Origin: a bacterium | GTDB lineage: Bacteria > Zixibacteria > MSB-5A5 > GN15 > FEB-12 | DNA length: 59,670 nucleotides | Reading direction: 5' to 3' | Assembly: GCA_043811375.1 (NCBI GenBank) | Contig: JBDRNJ010000040.1 | Location: 1 to 59,670 of the forward strand | Part shown: piece after piece, positions 1 through 10,764 of the stretch | Numbering within the stretch: the stretch's first letter is position 1 | How the letters are laid out: the number at the start of each line of letters is the position of its first letter | Position numbers and translations under genes: made by a program | Notes under the pieces: generated by a model | The model's input: only the letters and a program-made list of their open reading frames with translations | Database searches by the model: none | What the model was told of the DNA's origin: nothing

Positions 1-56
1 TAACGAATTACAAACTTCATCCGTTGATCCATTGTACAGGTCTCTTTCCACGGCAC
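1..56 (-). CDS. IS481-family transposase, N-terminal fragment (runs off window)
   Basis: GTG start after AAGGAGGT. It translates MPWKETCTMDQRMKFVIR, matching the MPWKE..M..R..FV N-terminus of IS481-type transposases. Not in the ORF track. Confidence 0.7.
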   Translation of the reverse strand, partial: MPWKETCTMDQRMKFVIR

Positions 57-144
57 TGAACACCTCCTTGGGTCGTACCGTAAGTTAACCTGTTACCTAT
101 GTTTACGGTCTAGTCTGTTACCTATGTTCCCGGTTTATACCACA
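1..144 (-). mobile_element. Left end of a probable IS481-family insertion sequence (continues beyond window start)
   Basis: Subterminal direct repeats CTGTTACCTATGTT at 90-103 and 115-128, then an AAGGAGGT RBS and a transposase-like start on the minus strand. Confidence 0.7.
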
Positions 145-170
145 TTGATACAGACTGGTAACCGTCAGAA

Positions 171-256
171 GCAGTTTGAAGCCCCCACAGTTTCGACGAC
201 AGTGCCCTACAGCAACTCTATCTTCTGCCGGTGATGGCGCACCGTCGTGGTGACGT
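171..256. repeat. Degenerate direct-repeat copy of the 3' end and downstream flank of the nucleotide-sugar dehydrogenase gene (partner 2757-2841)
   Basis: Core 204-243 equals 2789-2828 (40 bp, 1 mismatch). Weaker similarity extends over about 85 bp. Confidence 0.9.
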
Positions 257-260
257 CCTG

Positions 261-1577
261 CTAACCTTTCACTGCCCAGCGAACCAGATCCACCAACCGC
301 GGCGGCTTTCCCTGCATCAATATGCCCACGCGGAAGATACGTCCGCTGATCCAGACCACACCAATCGCGAAAGCCAGTACTCCCAACAACCCCACCCACG
401 GTTGCCAGGACGGAATCGACATCGGAGTGGCCAATCTGACCAACATCAAAGTAGGTGTAAAGGGTGGAATAAAAGAAAGCCAGGTTGCAAAATCTGCCAG
501 CGGTGTTTTGGCTACCGGGATCATAACAAACATGGGAAGCATCACCGGGAACATGGACGGAAACATCAGGTTCTGTGCATCCTTCGGATCTGAACACAGA
601 GCACCCAAAGCGGATGAGAAGGCGCCGAACATGAACACTGCCAGTAGCATATAGACGTAGAACCAGGGCAGGACAGTAACAGGAATGTAGTGCAGGAATC
701 CCATATATACCGCGGATACTATAACTACAACGACATAAAATGTCGATACCGTAAGCGCCACCGCCACTCCTCCCAAAACTTTGCCCATCATCAATTCGAA
801 CGGTGTGACTGAACCTAACAACACTTCTGCGATTCGTTGTGATTTCTCTTCCATGACGGCACTCAAAAGCGGCGTTACACCGAACATTATCATAACGAAC
901 ATCAGAATCATGAAGGCGGCCGGAAGGCCAATTGTCTCCAATTTGCTACTTTCCCTGGCCTGCCGCACCTCGCCTGTTGCCGGATCGATATCCACCAGCC
1001 CCAGCTTTTCCACGCCTATCCACATCAAAGCTTCTTCGATTGTAGAATCATTCACTCCAGCTTCATTCAATCGCAATATCCTCAAATGGCTGTTGACCTG
1101 TGACTCCAGCCAGCCGGGGATCTTATCTAACACAGCTCTCCTGGCATGATAGGCAATCCGAACGTGAGCAGAGTCTTCACCCGGATGCAGCACATCAGAA
1201 CCAATTTCAACGAAGGCATAATACTGACCATCCCGAACTTTATTGGATAACTCCAGCCTCTGTCCGGCCGGGTTGGACGTGTTCGGTTTGATTATCTCAA
1301 ACAGAAACGCCGGTCGGATTTTCTTACCGGTAGTTTTATCATGTACTCGCTCCTGGTTGCGTTCTTCGGCCAGTTCAATGAGCTTCTCGCTCATAACGCC
1401 GGAATAATCGACAACAGCCACTCTCTGGTCGGTAGTATCAGTTCTATCCCCAATTAGCCTCATTGCAATCAGACTTCCACACATAAGTACCGGCATGATT
1501 ACGAGTCCGATAATGAACCCCTTGGTTCGGACCATCATCTTGTATTCTCTGGCAATCAGGCGCAGAACTCTATGCAT
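261..1577 (-). CDS. ABC-2 type transporter permease (NatB/YhaP-like)
   Basis: N-terminal TM, large extracytoplasmic loop, EEKSQRIAEVLL and GKVLG motifs, multiple C-terminal TMs. Overlaps the ATPase gene. Confidence 0.9.
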   Translation of the reverse strand: MHRVLRLIAREYKMMVRTKGFIIGLVIMPVLMCGSLIAMRLIGDRTDTTDQRVAVVDYSGVMSEKLIELAEERNQERVHDKTTGKKIRPAFLFEIIKPNTSNPAGQRLELSNKVRDGQYYAFVEIGSDVLHPGEDSAHVRIAYHARRAVLDKIPGWLESQVNSHLRILRLNEAGVNDSTIEEALMWIGVEKLGLVDIDPATGEVRQARESSKLETIGLPAAFMILMFVMIMFGVTPLLSAVMEEKSQRIAEVLLGSVTPFELMMGKVLGGVAVALTVSTFYVVVVIVSAVYMGFLHYIPVTVLPWFYVYMLLAVFMFGAFSSALGALCSDPKDAQNLMFPSMFPVMLPMFVMIPVAKTPLADFATWLSFIPPFTPTLMLVRLATPMSIPSWQPWVGLLGVLAFAIGVVWISGRIFRVGILMQGKPPRLVDLVRWAVKG

Positions 1578-2481
1578 GGTCCACCTCCTCGGCTTCCGGG
1601 TTGGCGATACGAACGAAAATGTTATGGAGAGACGGACGGGCTATCTCGAAACTCCGCACCCGGGTGCGCGACATCAGCGTGGCCACAATCTGCTGAGGAT
1701 CGACATCATCGGTGATGCGCAACTCCTGCAGCTTACCAAAATCCCGGATTCTGTCCACCCCGGGCAGGTTTTCCAGAACTTTCGGTCCGTCCTCACAGAT
1801 GACTCGAAGGGTGTCATGACCGTAACTGCCCTGAATGGATTTCAAGGTTCCGTCCAGCACTTTCTTTCCCTTGTAAATCATGAAGATGAAGTCACACATA
1901 GTCTCAGCGACGTTCATATCATGAGTGCTGAAAATCACCGTTGTCCCTCCAGCGTTGAGCTCCAAAACCGCCTCGCGTATCACATCCAGGTTCACCGGAT
2001 CGAGACCGGTAAATGGCTCATCCAGTATCACCAGTTCCGGTTTTGCAACTACCGTACTAATGAACTGCACTTTCTGGCTCATACCCTTGCTGAGAGCCTC
2101 CACTTTGGCGTCGGCCCACTGCATCAGATCAAGTTTTTCCAACCAGAAATCTACTTCCTTGTTGACCGACTGACCGGCTTTTAATCCGCCATAGAAACGG
2201 AGAACATCACGCACTTTCATTTTCCGGTACAGCCCGCGTTCCTCCGGCAAATAGCCAATTCGTTCGTTGCGAGCACCCCGAAGACTCTTGCCGAATACGT
2301 TGATCGAACCCCGGTCCGGGTAGAAAATGCCCATTATCATCCGAATGGTCGTGGTCTTGCCCGACCCGTTGGGACCGATAAATCCGTAAATGCTTCCCTT
2401 TGGAACCGACAGGGTGATGTCATCTACGGCAGTATGCTCATTAAAAGTCTTGGTGACGTCTCGTATCTCAACAATATCCAT
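1570..2481 (-). CDS. ABC transporter ATP-binding protein (NatA/YhaQ-like)
   Basis: Walker A GPNGSGKTT, signature LSKGM, Walker B ILDEP, H-loop STH. The start may be 2481 or up to 2505. Confidence 0.93.
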   Translation of the reverse strand: MDIVEIRDVTKTFNEHTAVDDITLSVPKGSIYGFIGPNGSGKTTTIRMIMGIFYPDRGSINVFGKSLRGARNERIGYLPEERGLYRKMKVRDVLRFYGGLKAGQSVNKEVDFWLEKLDLMQWADAKVEALSKGMSQKVQFISTVVAKPELVILDEPFTGLDPVNLDVIREAVLELNAGGTTVIFSTHDMNVAETMCDFIFMIYKGKKVLDGTLKSIQGSYGHDTLRVICEDGPKVLENLPGVDRIRDFGKLQELRITDDVDPQQIVATLMSRTRVRSFEIARPSLHNIFVRIANPEAEEVDHA

Positions 2482-2756
2482 AAGCGTCCCCATTATAGTT
2501 GCCAATCGGTTGAATGTACTTTATGGACTATTAAGGGTAGTGTCAAGAATTGCTTGTCTCCACTCCCCCACCACCAGATTCCATACACACTTTGTACTGC
2601 TCACTGCCCCGAACACTATTATAGATGGTGTACTATACCCGTTTTATGAGATGCCGACGGTGATCCGGCACTGGCGAAAAAACTTATTTTACGAAACAAA
2701 CCCATTTGCGGCAAACAGCACTTGTATAGACAGGGCAGATAGGTGATGAAGTTGAA

Positions 2757-2841
2757 GTAGTTCGCACCCCCGCGGTTTCGACTATAACGCCCTACAGCAA
2801 CTCTATCTTCTGCCGGTGGTGGCGCACCTTCTTGGTGGCGT
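2757..2841. repeat. Direct repeat partner of 171-256, covering the dehydrogenase stop codon
   Basis: Direct alignment with 171-256, offset about 2585 bp. Confidence 0.9.
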
Positions 2842-4132
2842 TGCGGGTATCGAAGATCGCCTGCGCGTGCTCGACAATCCACTCGTAGTCGTACGGCGAG
2901 TGATCGGTCAGAATTACCGTGACATCGGCCTTAGCCAACAGCGCTTTGGTCAGTTTGCGTGATTTGTGTTTGGAGTGGTTCCAGTCGATCTCGGGCACAA
3001 AGGGGTCGTTGTAGACGATACGGGCGCCTTTGTCTTCCAGCAGCTTAATGACATCCAGCGCTGGTGACTCACGGGTGTCCTTGATATCGCGTTTGTAGGC
3101 CACGCCCAGGACCAGCACGGTAGTTTTGTTCAGAGCTTTGGCAGAACGGCGGTTGAGCATGCTGCCGATGCGATCGACCACGTATTCCGGCATGTGGCTG
3201 TTGATGTCGCCGGCCAGTTCGATAAAGCGAGCGTAGTAGTTCAGAGATTTGAGTTTCCACGACAGGTAATGCGGATCGATAGGGATGCAGTGCCCGCCCA
3301 GGCCGGGACCCGGATAAAACGGCATAAAACCGAACGGCTTGGTGGCGGCGGCATCGATTATCTCCCAGACATCCAGCCCCAGCCGGTCACACATAAGAGC
3401 CACCTCGTTGACCAGACCGATATTGACCGAGCGGAAAGTGTTCTCCAGCAGCTTGACCATCTCGGCGGCTTTAGTCGATGACACGGCATGGATATTGGGC
3501 AGTGACTGTTCGTAGAGCGTCTTGGCCACACGAGTGCAGGCAGGGGTTATACCACCCACCACGCGGGGAGTGTTGCTGGTAGTGTACTCGGCATTACCGG
3601 GGTCGACTCTTTCCGGCGAAAACGCCAGGAAGAAATCCCGCCCGACCTTCCTGCCCTTATCCTCCAGCAGCGGCAGTATCAAATCTTCAGTTGTGCCGGG
3701 ATAGGTGGTTGACTCAAGCACCACCAGAGTCCCCTTCTTCATGTTCTGTTTGATCCGGTTGACGGCGTCGAGAATATAACTGACATCGGGGTCCTTGGTT
3801 TTCGACAACGGCGTCGGCACACAGATAGACACCGTGTCCATACGAGCCGCCTGGCTGAAATCATCAGTGGCTTTGAAGCGCCCGGCCTTGATCATGCTTG
3901 AAACGATTTCGTCGGGGATGTCGTCAATATCGGAACGACCACTATTAAGCAGCTTAATCTTGGGTTTGGATATGTCAAAGCCGGTTACTTTGAAGCCGGC
4001 TTTGGCCAGCTCCATCGACAGCGGCAGCCCGACATAACCGAGGCCGACCACACCAACACGGGCGGTGCGGTCCTTTATCCTGGCAATCAATTGACTGCCG
4101 GCCTTGCTTCCGGGACGATTCTTTTGTGCCAT
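2792..4132 (-). CDS. Nucleotide-sugar dehydrogenase (UDP-GlcNAc 6-dehydrogenase, WbpA/WecC family)
   Basis: GLGYVG Rossmann motif, ICVPTP, LESTTYPG, SPERVDPG, catalytic GGHCIPIDP. Confidence 0.93.
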   Translation of the reverse strand: MAQKNRPGSKAGSQLIARIKDRTARVGVVGLGYVGLPLSMELAKAGFKVTGFDISKPKIKLLNSGRSDIDDIPDEIVSSMIKAGRFKATDDFSQAARMDTVSICVPTPLSKTKDPDVSYILDAVNRIKQNMKKGTLVVLESTTYPGTTEDLILPLLEDKGRKVGRDFFLAFSPERVDPGNAEYTTSNTPRVVGGITPACTRVAKTLYEQSLPNIHAVSSTKAAEMVKLLENTFRSVNIGLVNEVALMCDRLGLDVWEIIDAAATKPFGFMPFYPGPGLGGHCIPIDPHYLSWKLKSLNYYARFIELAGDINSHMPEYVVDRIGSMLNRRSAKALNKTTVLVLGVAYKRDIKDTRESPALDVIKLLEDKGARIVYNDPFVPEIDWNHSKHKSRKLTKALLAKADVTVILTDHSPYDYEWIVEHAQAIFDTRNATKKVRHHRQKIELL

Positions 4133-4133
4133 G

Positions 4134-5126
4134 TTATATACCTCCCGTCCGAGCGGCTGCCGCCGGGGGGAGTTTGCTTCTCCAGTACTCTAAAGTATCT
4201 TTAAGGGTTGTCTTCAGACTATATCGGGGTTTGAAGCCGAGTTCTTGAACCGCCCGCCGGTTGCTCCCCCGCAGAACGGGAATCTCGTTCTTTCTCAGAC
4301 GTGATTTATCGATTGTCACCTTGATTTTCCTGCTGGAAAATCTCAGCAGACTGTCCAGAACCGTCTCGATAGCCACCGCCCGGCCCGAACAGAGGTGGTA
4401 AGTCCGCCCTAGTCGCCCCTTTTCGGCAATCAGTTGGTAACCGCGGACGATATCCCGGACATCGGACAAGTCTCTTCTGGCGGTCAGATCGCCGACTGAT
4501 ATGAGCGGTTTTTTAAGCCCGGCCTCAATAGCCGCAACTTGTCGGGCAAAATCGGGTATCACAAAACCTTCGGTCTGCCGGGGGCCACTGTGGTTGAAGG
4601 GACGGGCCACAACCACCGGCAGGTTGTGCTGACGCCAGTAGTAGAGGCTGATTCGATCGGCAGCTGCCTTGGAGATACCGTAGGGTGAAACGGGATTGAA
4701 GGGGTGATCCTCGGTGAGCGTTTTGTTCTTCGGGCGGAAGATGCCGAAGCAGTCGGGAGAGCCGACGAATACCAGGCGCTTCAGGTTGCGCACTTTCATC
4801 GCTGCCTGCAGGATATTGAGAGTGCCTTCGAAATTCACCCGAAATGTCAACTGCTCGTTTGTAAACGAATTGCCCACCGAGGCCAGCGCCGCCAGGTGGA
4901 AGATGAAATGTGGTTTGAAAGTAGACAGGGCATCGCGGCAGCCGGCAGCATCGAGTATGTCCAGTTCCGTTAGGGATATGTCATCCAGAATATCCGTCAG
5001 GTTGGTAGTCGATTCCCCCGGGAAGAGAGTCCCGCTGACACGGTAGCCCGCTGCCAACAATTGTTCGGCCAGGTAGGAGCCGGCGAAACCGGCTATGCCG
5101 GTGATAAAAGCGGTGCGTGCAGCCAT
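4134..5126 (-). CDS. rmd: Extended SDR, probable GDP-4-keto-6-deoxy-D-mannose reductase
   Basis: TGIAGFAG, YGISK, RPFNHSGPRQ, RDLSDVRD. Adjacent to gmd. Confidence 0.65.
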   Translation of the reverse strand: MAARTAFITGIAGFAGSYLAEQLLAAGYRVSGTLFPGESTTNLTDILDDISLTELDILDAAGCRDALSTFKPHFIFHLAALASVGNSFTNEQLTFRVNFEGTLNILQAAMKVRNLKRLVFVGSPDCFGIFRPKNKTLTEDHPFNPVSPYGISKAAADRISLYYWRQHNLPVVVARPFNHSGPRQTEGFVIPDFARQVAAIEAGLKKPLISVGDLTARRDLSDVRDIVRGYQLIAEKGRLGRTYHLCSGRAVAIETVLDSLLRFSSRKIKVTIDKSRLRKNEIPVLRGSNRRAVQELGFKPRYSLKTTLKDTLEYWRSKLPPAAAARTGGI

Positions 5127-5130
5127 TGAT

Positions 5131-6129
<999 letters not shown>

Positions 6130-6309
6130 TCACAGCAGGGAAAGTCCCTATGGCTATGACACAGTATTCCCGAACGATATTGTATCAGAGGTTGAATATA
6201 ACAGCCTTGAACCCGCCGGTCAAATGGAATTGGCCGGAGGGTAGAACACTTCCGGTTTGCCTCACATCACCCGACTGCTTATATTCCCCTTAAACCGCAA
6301 GGAGGGTTT

Positions 6310-7290
6310 ATGCGAACAGGAGCCGTACTGGGAGCACTGTTGATATGCTTCTGTGCTTCCCGGGCGATTGAGGTTCAGCAGAAAGGAAAAGATGTGACCG
6401 CCGATAACATGACCGCCGATTCACTCCTGCAGCAGGCCGACGCCACTTTTCAGTCGCGCGATTACCCGGCCGCCCTGAAGCAATACCTGGCCGTGGTGGA
6501 TAAAGCACGGGTTGAGTTCAACCGCTCCGTAGAAGTGGAAGGACTTTCGCAGGTGGCGCGGATGAAATTGATTCTGGATGACAAGAAAGATGGCCGCGGG
6601 TGGCTGGAGAAGGCCACTGAAAAAGCGACCGACAGCGACCCGATGGGCTGGTCACGGTACCTGGGTGTGCGCGGACGATTCGAGTGGAAAGATAACGATC
6701 TGCCGACAGCCCGGGAGACTTTTCTGGGGATGTACGAATATTGCAACGCCAACTCGCTATGGGGGCGGGCGGTCGATGCCGCTCACATGATTGCCATCGT
6801 AGTTGAGTCACCTGAGGAACAGATCGAATGGGGTCGGCGGGGAATCGAGGCTGCCGAGGCCGGCGACGTCGGCAATTGGCTGGGGCCGCTGTGGAACAAC
6901 CTGGCCGGCACCTACTACGAACTGAAGCAGTTTGATTCGACTCTTCAATGTTATCTCAAGGCGCGCGAGTATCACTGGCGCCACTCAGGTGAGGCGGCCA
7001 AACTGTTTGCGGATTATCATGTCGGCATGACCTACCGTCTGCTGGAAAAATACGATGAAGCCGGTCACTGGCTGCGGCCGGTATTAGCCTGGGCCGAGAG
7101 GATCGACAATCATGCCGCTATCGGTCAGGCATGTGAAGATCTCGGTGAGATCGAAATTGCCCGGGGACGAAAAGCTGCCGGGCTGGAACTGTTGAAACGC
7201 GCTCGCTCAGAGTACAAGTTGGAAGGATATGACAAGTCCTGGACGGAGATATTCGAGCACATTAATAACAGGATAAAAGAGGTCGAGTAA
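6310..7290 (+). CDS. Secreted TPR-like alpha-helical repeat protein
   Basis: AAGGAGG RBS, signal peptide, TPR-like motifs (WNNLAGTYY, CEDLGEI). Confidence 0.75.
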   Translation: MRTGAVLGALLICFCASRAIEVQQKGKDVTADNMTADSLLQQADATFQSRDYPAALKQYLAVVDKARVEFNRSVEVEGLSQVARMKLILDDKKDGRGWLEKATEKATDSDPMGWSRYLGVRGRFEWKDNDLPTARETFLGMYEYCNANSLWGRAVDAAHMIAIVVESPEEQIEWGRRGIEAAEAGDVGNWLGPLWNNLAGTYYELKQFDSTLQCYLKAREYHWRHSGEAAKLFADYHVGMTYRLLEKYDEAGHWLRPVLAWAERIDNHAAIGQACEDLGEIEIARGRKAAGLELLKRARSEYKLEGYDKSWTEIFEHINNRIKEVE

Positions 7291-7313
7291 TCGACGCCGT
7301 CACATCGGCTACA

Positions 7314-7350
7314 AACAACGGGCAGGTCAACTACTGACCTGCCCGTTGTT
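7314..7350. terminator. Hairpin between convergent genes, probably a bidirectional terminator
   Basis: AACAACGGGCAGGTCA / TGACCTGCCCGTTGTT perfect 16-bp stem. Confidence 0.75.
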
Positions 7351-7403
7351 ATTATCTAAAGCAGCCGTCGGATTCGTCGTGACGGCTGATATTGCTTGCT
7401 TTC

Positions 7404-9281
7404 TCAGCGTCCGCCGGAATTGGTGGATAGTAAAGTGCCGTCTGTTCCTACTACCCAGCCCTTGCCGGCATCCAGGAAATTCACACCCAGCAGCGTACCA
7501 CTGGCCCCACTGGATAGAACACTCCAGCTATCGCCGCCGTTAGTCGTATGAAGGATGACCCCTTCAGCTCCGACAACCCAGCCGGTGTTGTTGTCGATAA
7601 AAGTGACGGCAGACAGGTGCTCGATAGTAGTGGTGGTGTCATGCAGCCAGGTAGTACCGGCATCGACCGTACGCGTGATAGTGCCGTCACGCCCGACCAC
7701 CCAGCAGCGCAGGGAATCAGTTGCGGCCAGAGCGTACAAGTGCGGCGTATACAGAGTATCCAGGTACTGGCTGGTCCAGCTGGCGCCGCCGTCAAAGGTG
7801 CGCAGGATGGTAGTGGAGCGGCCGACTGCCCAGCCGTTGAGTGAATCAACAAAAGCAACATCTTCCAGTTGATTCATGGTCGGGATTATCAGTGTATCCC
7901 AGTTAAGCCCACCATCGGTAGTCTTCAGTGCGATCCCATTCATATTGGGCACATCCCAGTCACCGCCGACCGCCCAGCCGGTGACTGAGTCTATGAAGTC
8001 AACTCCATAGTACCACTCGGTCGAATCATCAACCCGGGTTTCCCAGTTTCTGCCGCCGTCTGTCGTGCGCAGCAGGAAGCCGGCATATTTGTTGCCGCCG
8101 ACAGCCCAGCCGTTGAGACTGTCAGCAAAGGTAATATCGGACAGCCACTCATCGGTGGGAGTGGAAAGCTCTCCACGCCGTTGGTATTCCCAGGTGGTAC
8201 CGCCGTCGGTGGTTTTCATGATGGCGCCGGCATAGCCGACCGCCCAACCATAATCATCGTCGACGAAAGTGATCTCCTGCAAAGTCGCGTAAGGAGCCGT
8301 TCCGGATGGTCTGGCCTCCCAGCTATCGCCTCCGTTGAGCGTTTTCAGGATGCTCAGCGGACCCACCGCCCAGACGGTGCTCTGACTGGAGTAGCAGACA
8401 CCCATCAGGTCGTGGTAACTGCCGGTTGGATGCAGCGTCCAGGTAGCACCGGCATCGCCGGTGACCAGCGCCAGGCCATCGTGACCGACCGCCATACCGA
8501 CTGACGTGGTAACGAAAGCCACATCGGTCAGGGTCAGATTGGTGTCACTATCCTGAGCTGTCCAGGTCTGGCCGCTGTCGGTAGTCGCCCAGATGGCGCC
8601 GCTGTCGCCGACCGCCCAGCCGGTGGCGGCGTCCACCAGTGTCACTGCTTTCAGATTATAGCTACTAATACTGGTTACCGACCAGTCGGACCAGTCGATA
8701 GTCTTAATAGAACGCAATACTGTGCCGCCATCCCCGACTGCCAGTGCCACACTATCAGCTACCGCAACATCACGCAGGGTCTGGATGGACCCACTGCTGG
8801 TGTCAACTGTCCACCTGCGACCACCGTCATCGGTATACAGAACCAGACCGTCCTCACCTACCGCCCAGGCCTTGCGGCCATTTTCAACAGCAACTCCGTA
8901 CACATCCTGCAGGAGAGTGTCAAACAGCGTTTTCCTCCAGGTGTTGCCGGCGTTATTGGTACGCAGAAGTTTGCCGTTGGCACCTACCGCGTAACCGGTG
9001 TCGTTATCGTAGAAAGCAACGTCCATAAGATTCGAGTTAATGCCGCTGGCCTGGTAATACCAGCTACCGCCACCATTGGAGGTGTGCAGAATAACACCCT
9101 CGACGCCGACGATCCAGCCGAGACTCTGACCGGAAAATGTCACCGTGTTGAGTTGGTTGCCTTCCAGCACCGGCCAGTGGCGGTCCCAGGCTCCACTACC
9201 GGAGGTTATCACACTTTCTTCATCATCTTCACACCCGGCGAACGCAAACAAGATCAGCGCCAGCAGGGTTGCCGTTTTCAT
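7404..9281 (-). CDS. YCF48/Hcf136-like beta-propeller lipoprotein (BNR/Asp-box repeats)
   Basis: Start MKTATLL with lipobox FAGC. Many GWAVG..G.I..T.DGG.TW repeats. Confidence 0.85.
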   Translation of the reverse strand: MKTATLLALILFAFAGCEDDEESVITSGSGAWDRHWPVLEGNQLNTVTFSGQSLGWIVGVEGVILHTSNGGGSWYYQASGINSNLMDVAFYDNDTGYAVGANGKLLRTNNAGNTWRKTLFDTLLQDVYGVAVENGRKAWAVGEDGLVLYTDDGGRRWTVDTSSGSIQTLRDVAVADSVALAVGDGGTVLRSIKTIDWSDWSVTSISSYNLKAVTLVDAATGWAVGDSGAIWATTDSGQTWTAQDSDTNLTLTDVAFVTTSVGMAVGHDGLALVTGDAGATWTLHPTGSYHDLMGVCYSSQSTVWAVGPLSILKTLNGGDSWEARPSGTAPYATLQEITFVDDDYGWAVGYAGAIMKTTDGGTTWEYQRRGELSTPTDEWLSDITFADSLNGWAVGGNKYAGFLLRTTDGGRNWETRVDDSTEWYYGVDFIDSVTGWAVGGDWDVPNMNGIALKTTDGGLNWDTLIIPTMNQLEDVAFVDSLNGWAVGRSTTILRTFDGGASWTSQYLDTLYTPHLYALAATDSLRCWVVGRDGTITRTVDAGTTWLHDTTTTIEHLSAVTFIDNNTGWVVGAEGVILHTTNGGDSWSVLSSGASGTLLGVNFLDAGKGWVVGTDGTLLSTNSGGR

Positions 9282-9471
9282 TATGGCTTTCAATCCGAAC
9301 AAAACTCTCTTCTCCAAAATGCACCTTCCTGCAAACTGTTCTGAATCCAATACAATTCGGTAAAAACTATGTAAGGGAATGACGGATGTCAAACGAAATT
9401 GTGCATTTCAAATGCTACGGTAGTAACACCGGCAGAGATAATGACGACCGTAAGTCCCCGGGACATCGTCG

Positions 9472-9531
9472 TCGCCCTTCGACTCCGCTCAGGTTGACGA
9501 CATTCGCTGCCTTGTGAAACATACTTATGGG
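9472..9531. repeat. REP-like intergenic repeat (CCCTTCGACTCCGCTCAGG.TGAC family)
   Basis: 60 bp nearly identical (3 mismatches) to 36935-36994. A related inverted copy starts at 28311. Confidence 0.85.
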
Positions 9532-9949
9532 GCAAACTCCGGACATCTGCCTGTCACAAGGATGGAACATCGAGATCGCCACGTACAAAAGGGGTTTACC
9601 CCTTCGCGATTGACGTGAAGCGCAGGTTTTTCAACAAACCCACAGCTAATTACCACCGTTTTTCCGGCCGGGCCGCTCTGAGAGAACGGATTTTCCTACA
9701 TTTCTGCCATTGGGTCCTGTCATATGAAGCCTGTGGCTGCTGACTGATCGACCTTTCCGGTGCAGAATGTCGAAAAATACTTGCAGCCGATTACACAGGG
9801 ATGAAATCAATAGCACACTTCGCCGGCCCGTCCGGGACCGGTCTGTGTCCGTTCAATGACTCCGAGTAAGCTTGCACCGGGGGAGTAACTTGCTGATATG
9901 TCATAAGATAACATTTCCATGCTATACTCGGCCCCATCTTTCTCGATAG

Positions 9950-9965
9950 TGGCATGGCCTCTGCT
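9950..9965 (+). promoter_or_regulatory. Putative sigma54 -24/-12 promoter
   Basis: TGGCATGGCCTCTGCT, GG-N10-GC spacing, about 35 bp upstream of the ORF at 10000. Confidence 0.55.
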
Positions 9966-9999
9966 GTTAGAGGCAGTGAAGGCTTAAGGAGATATTAAA

Positions 10000-10629
10000 A
10001 TGACTATGATATTGGACAACAGATACCATCGCGGATTTGCTTTGCAGAGACTTGAGTCCAACCAGGAGCCCAGGATTCGCAGTGACGATCGTGGTCATTA
10101 CATTATGTCTCTGTCGGAGAATACCAAAGTCTATTTTAATGACTATTACGGCTTTCTGGAGAAGACGTTCGTCAAAGCCAAAGCTGAGCGGCAACTCCTG
10201 GCTCGGAAGATCGCTGAGACTCCCCCTGGCAGGACCGAAACCCTATCGTTTTATCGAGCTCGCGGGGTGGTAGTGGATTTGCTCCTGAGAACCATAATCA
10301 AGTTCTATTCGGATGGCTCCAATCTCGGTATCATTATGAGCCCCTGGTGTTTTGGGACAGTGATGCTGGAAAAAATCGAAGTTTACCGTGATCGGCTGAG
10401 CAAGGGGGAAGTAACGGATCGAAATGTGCCGGAATACCCCTACTACATCATCAAGTACCTGGATGAGGTTTACAAGGCCACGTTGCTGGAGCTGTTTGAT
10501 TTCCCCGAAAGGGCGTTCCTGATGCGCTGGCAATACTCGGAATTGCTTAAAAGATATTCACGGATTCTGACAGAAATAACCACTTCACTGCAATCGGTGC
10601 TGACCACCATAAAAAATAACGGTTCCTGA
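10000..10629 (+). CDS. Hypothetical protein (209 aa, soluble, helical)
   Basis: AAGGAG RBS, long ORF, followed by a terminator hairpin. No family recognised. Confidence 0.8.
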   Translation: MTMILDNRYHRGFALQRLESNQEPRIRSDDRGHYIMSLSENTKVYFNDYYGFLEKTFVKAKAERQLLARKIAETPPGRTETLSFYRARGVVVDLLLRTIIKFYSDGSNLGIIMSPWCFGTVMLEKIEVYRDRLSKGEVTDRNVPEYPYYIIKYLDEVYKATLLELFDFPERAFLMRWQYSELLKRYSRILTEITTSLQSVLTTIKNNGS

Positions 10630-10663
10630 AAGGGAGCCGTTTCTCCCAATATCCCTCCTACGG

Positions 10664-10692
10664 AACCCTCCGGTCCAGCCGGAGGGTTTATT
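10664..10692 (+). terminator. Intrinsic terminator
   Basis: AACCCTCCGG / CCGGAGGGTT stem followed by a T/A-rich tail. Confidence 0.6.
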
Positions 10693-10719
10693 AATCTGAG
10701 TGCCGGTTTCTGCCGATAA
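10691..10719 (+). promoter_or_regulatory. Possible sigma28 (FliA-type) promoter of the HD-GYP gene
   Basis: Exact GCCGATAA -10 at 10712-10719 with TAAT 16 nt upstream. Confidence 0.4.
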
Positions 10720-10764
10720 CAGCATAGATGGAGATTAACCGGTTGCGGTCGTCCCGCTGCCGGA

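Noticed and set aside
118..654. Short ORFs 118-597, 231-593 and 322-654, plus 2619-2882
   Set aside because: Alternative frames over the permease or dehydrogenase. Their shared peptide merely reflects the DNA direct repeat.
9512..9527. TTGTGAAAC as another Rex site (also near 36975)
   Set aside because: Only a half-site, embedded in the dispersed repeat.
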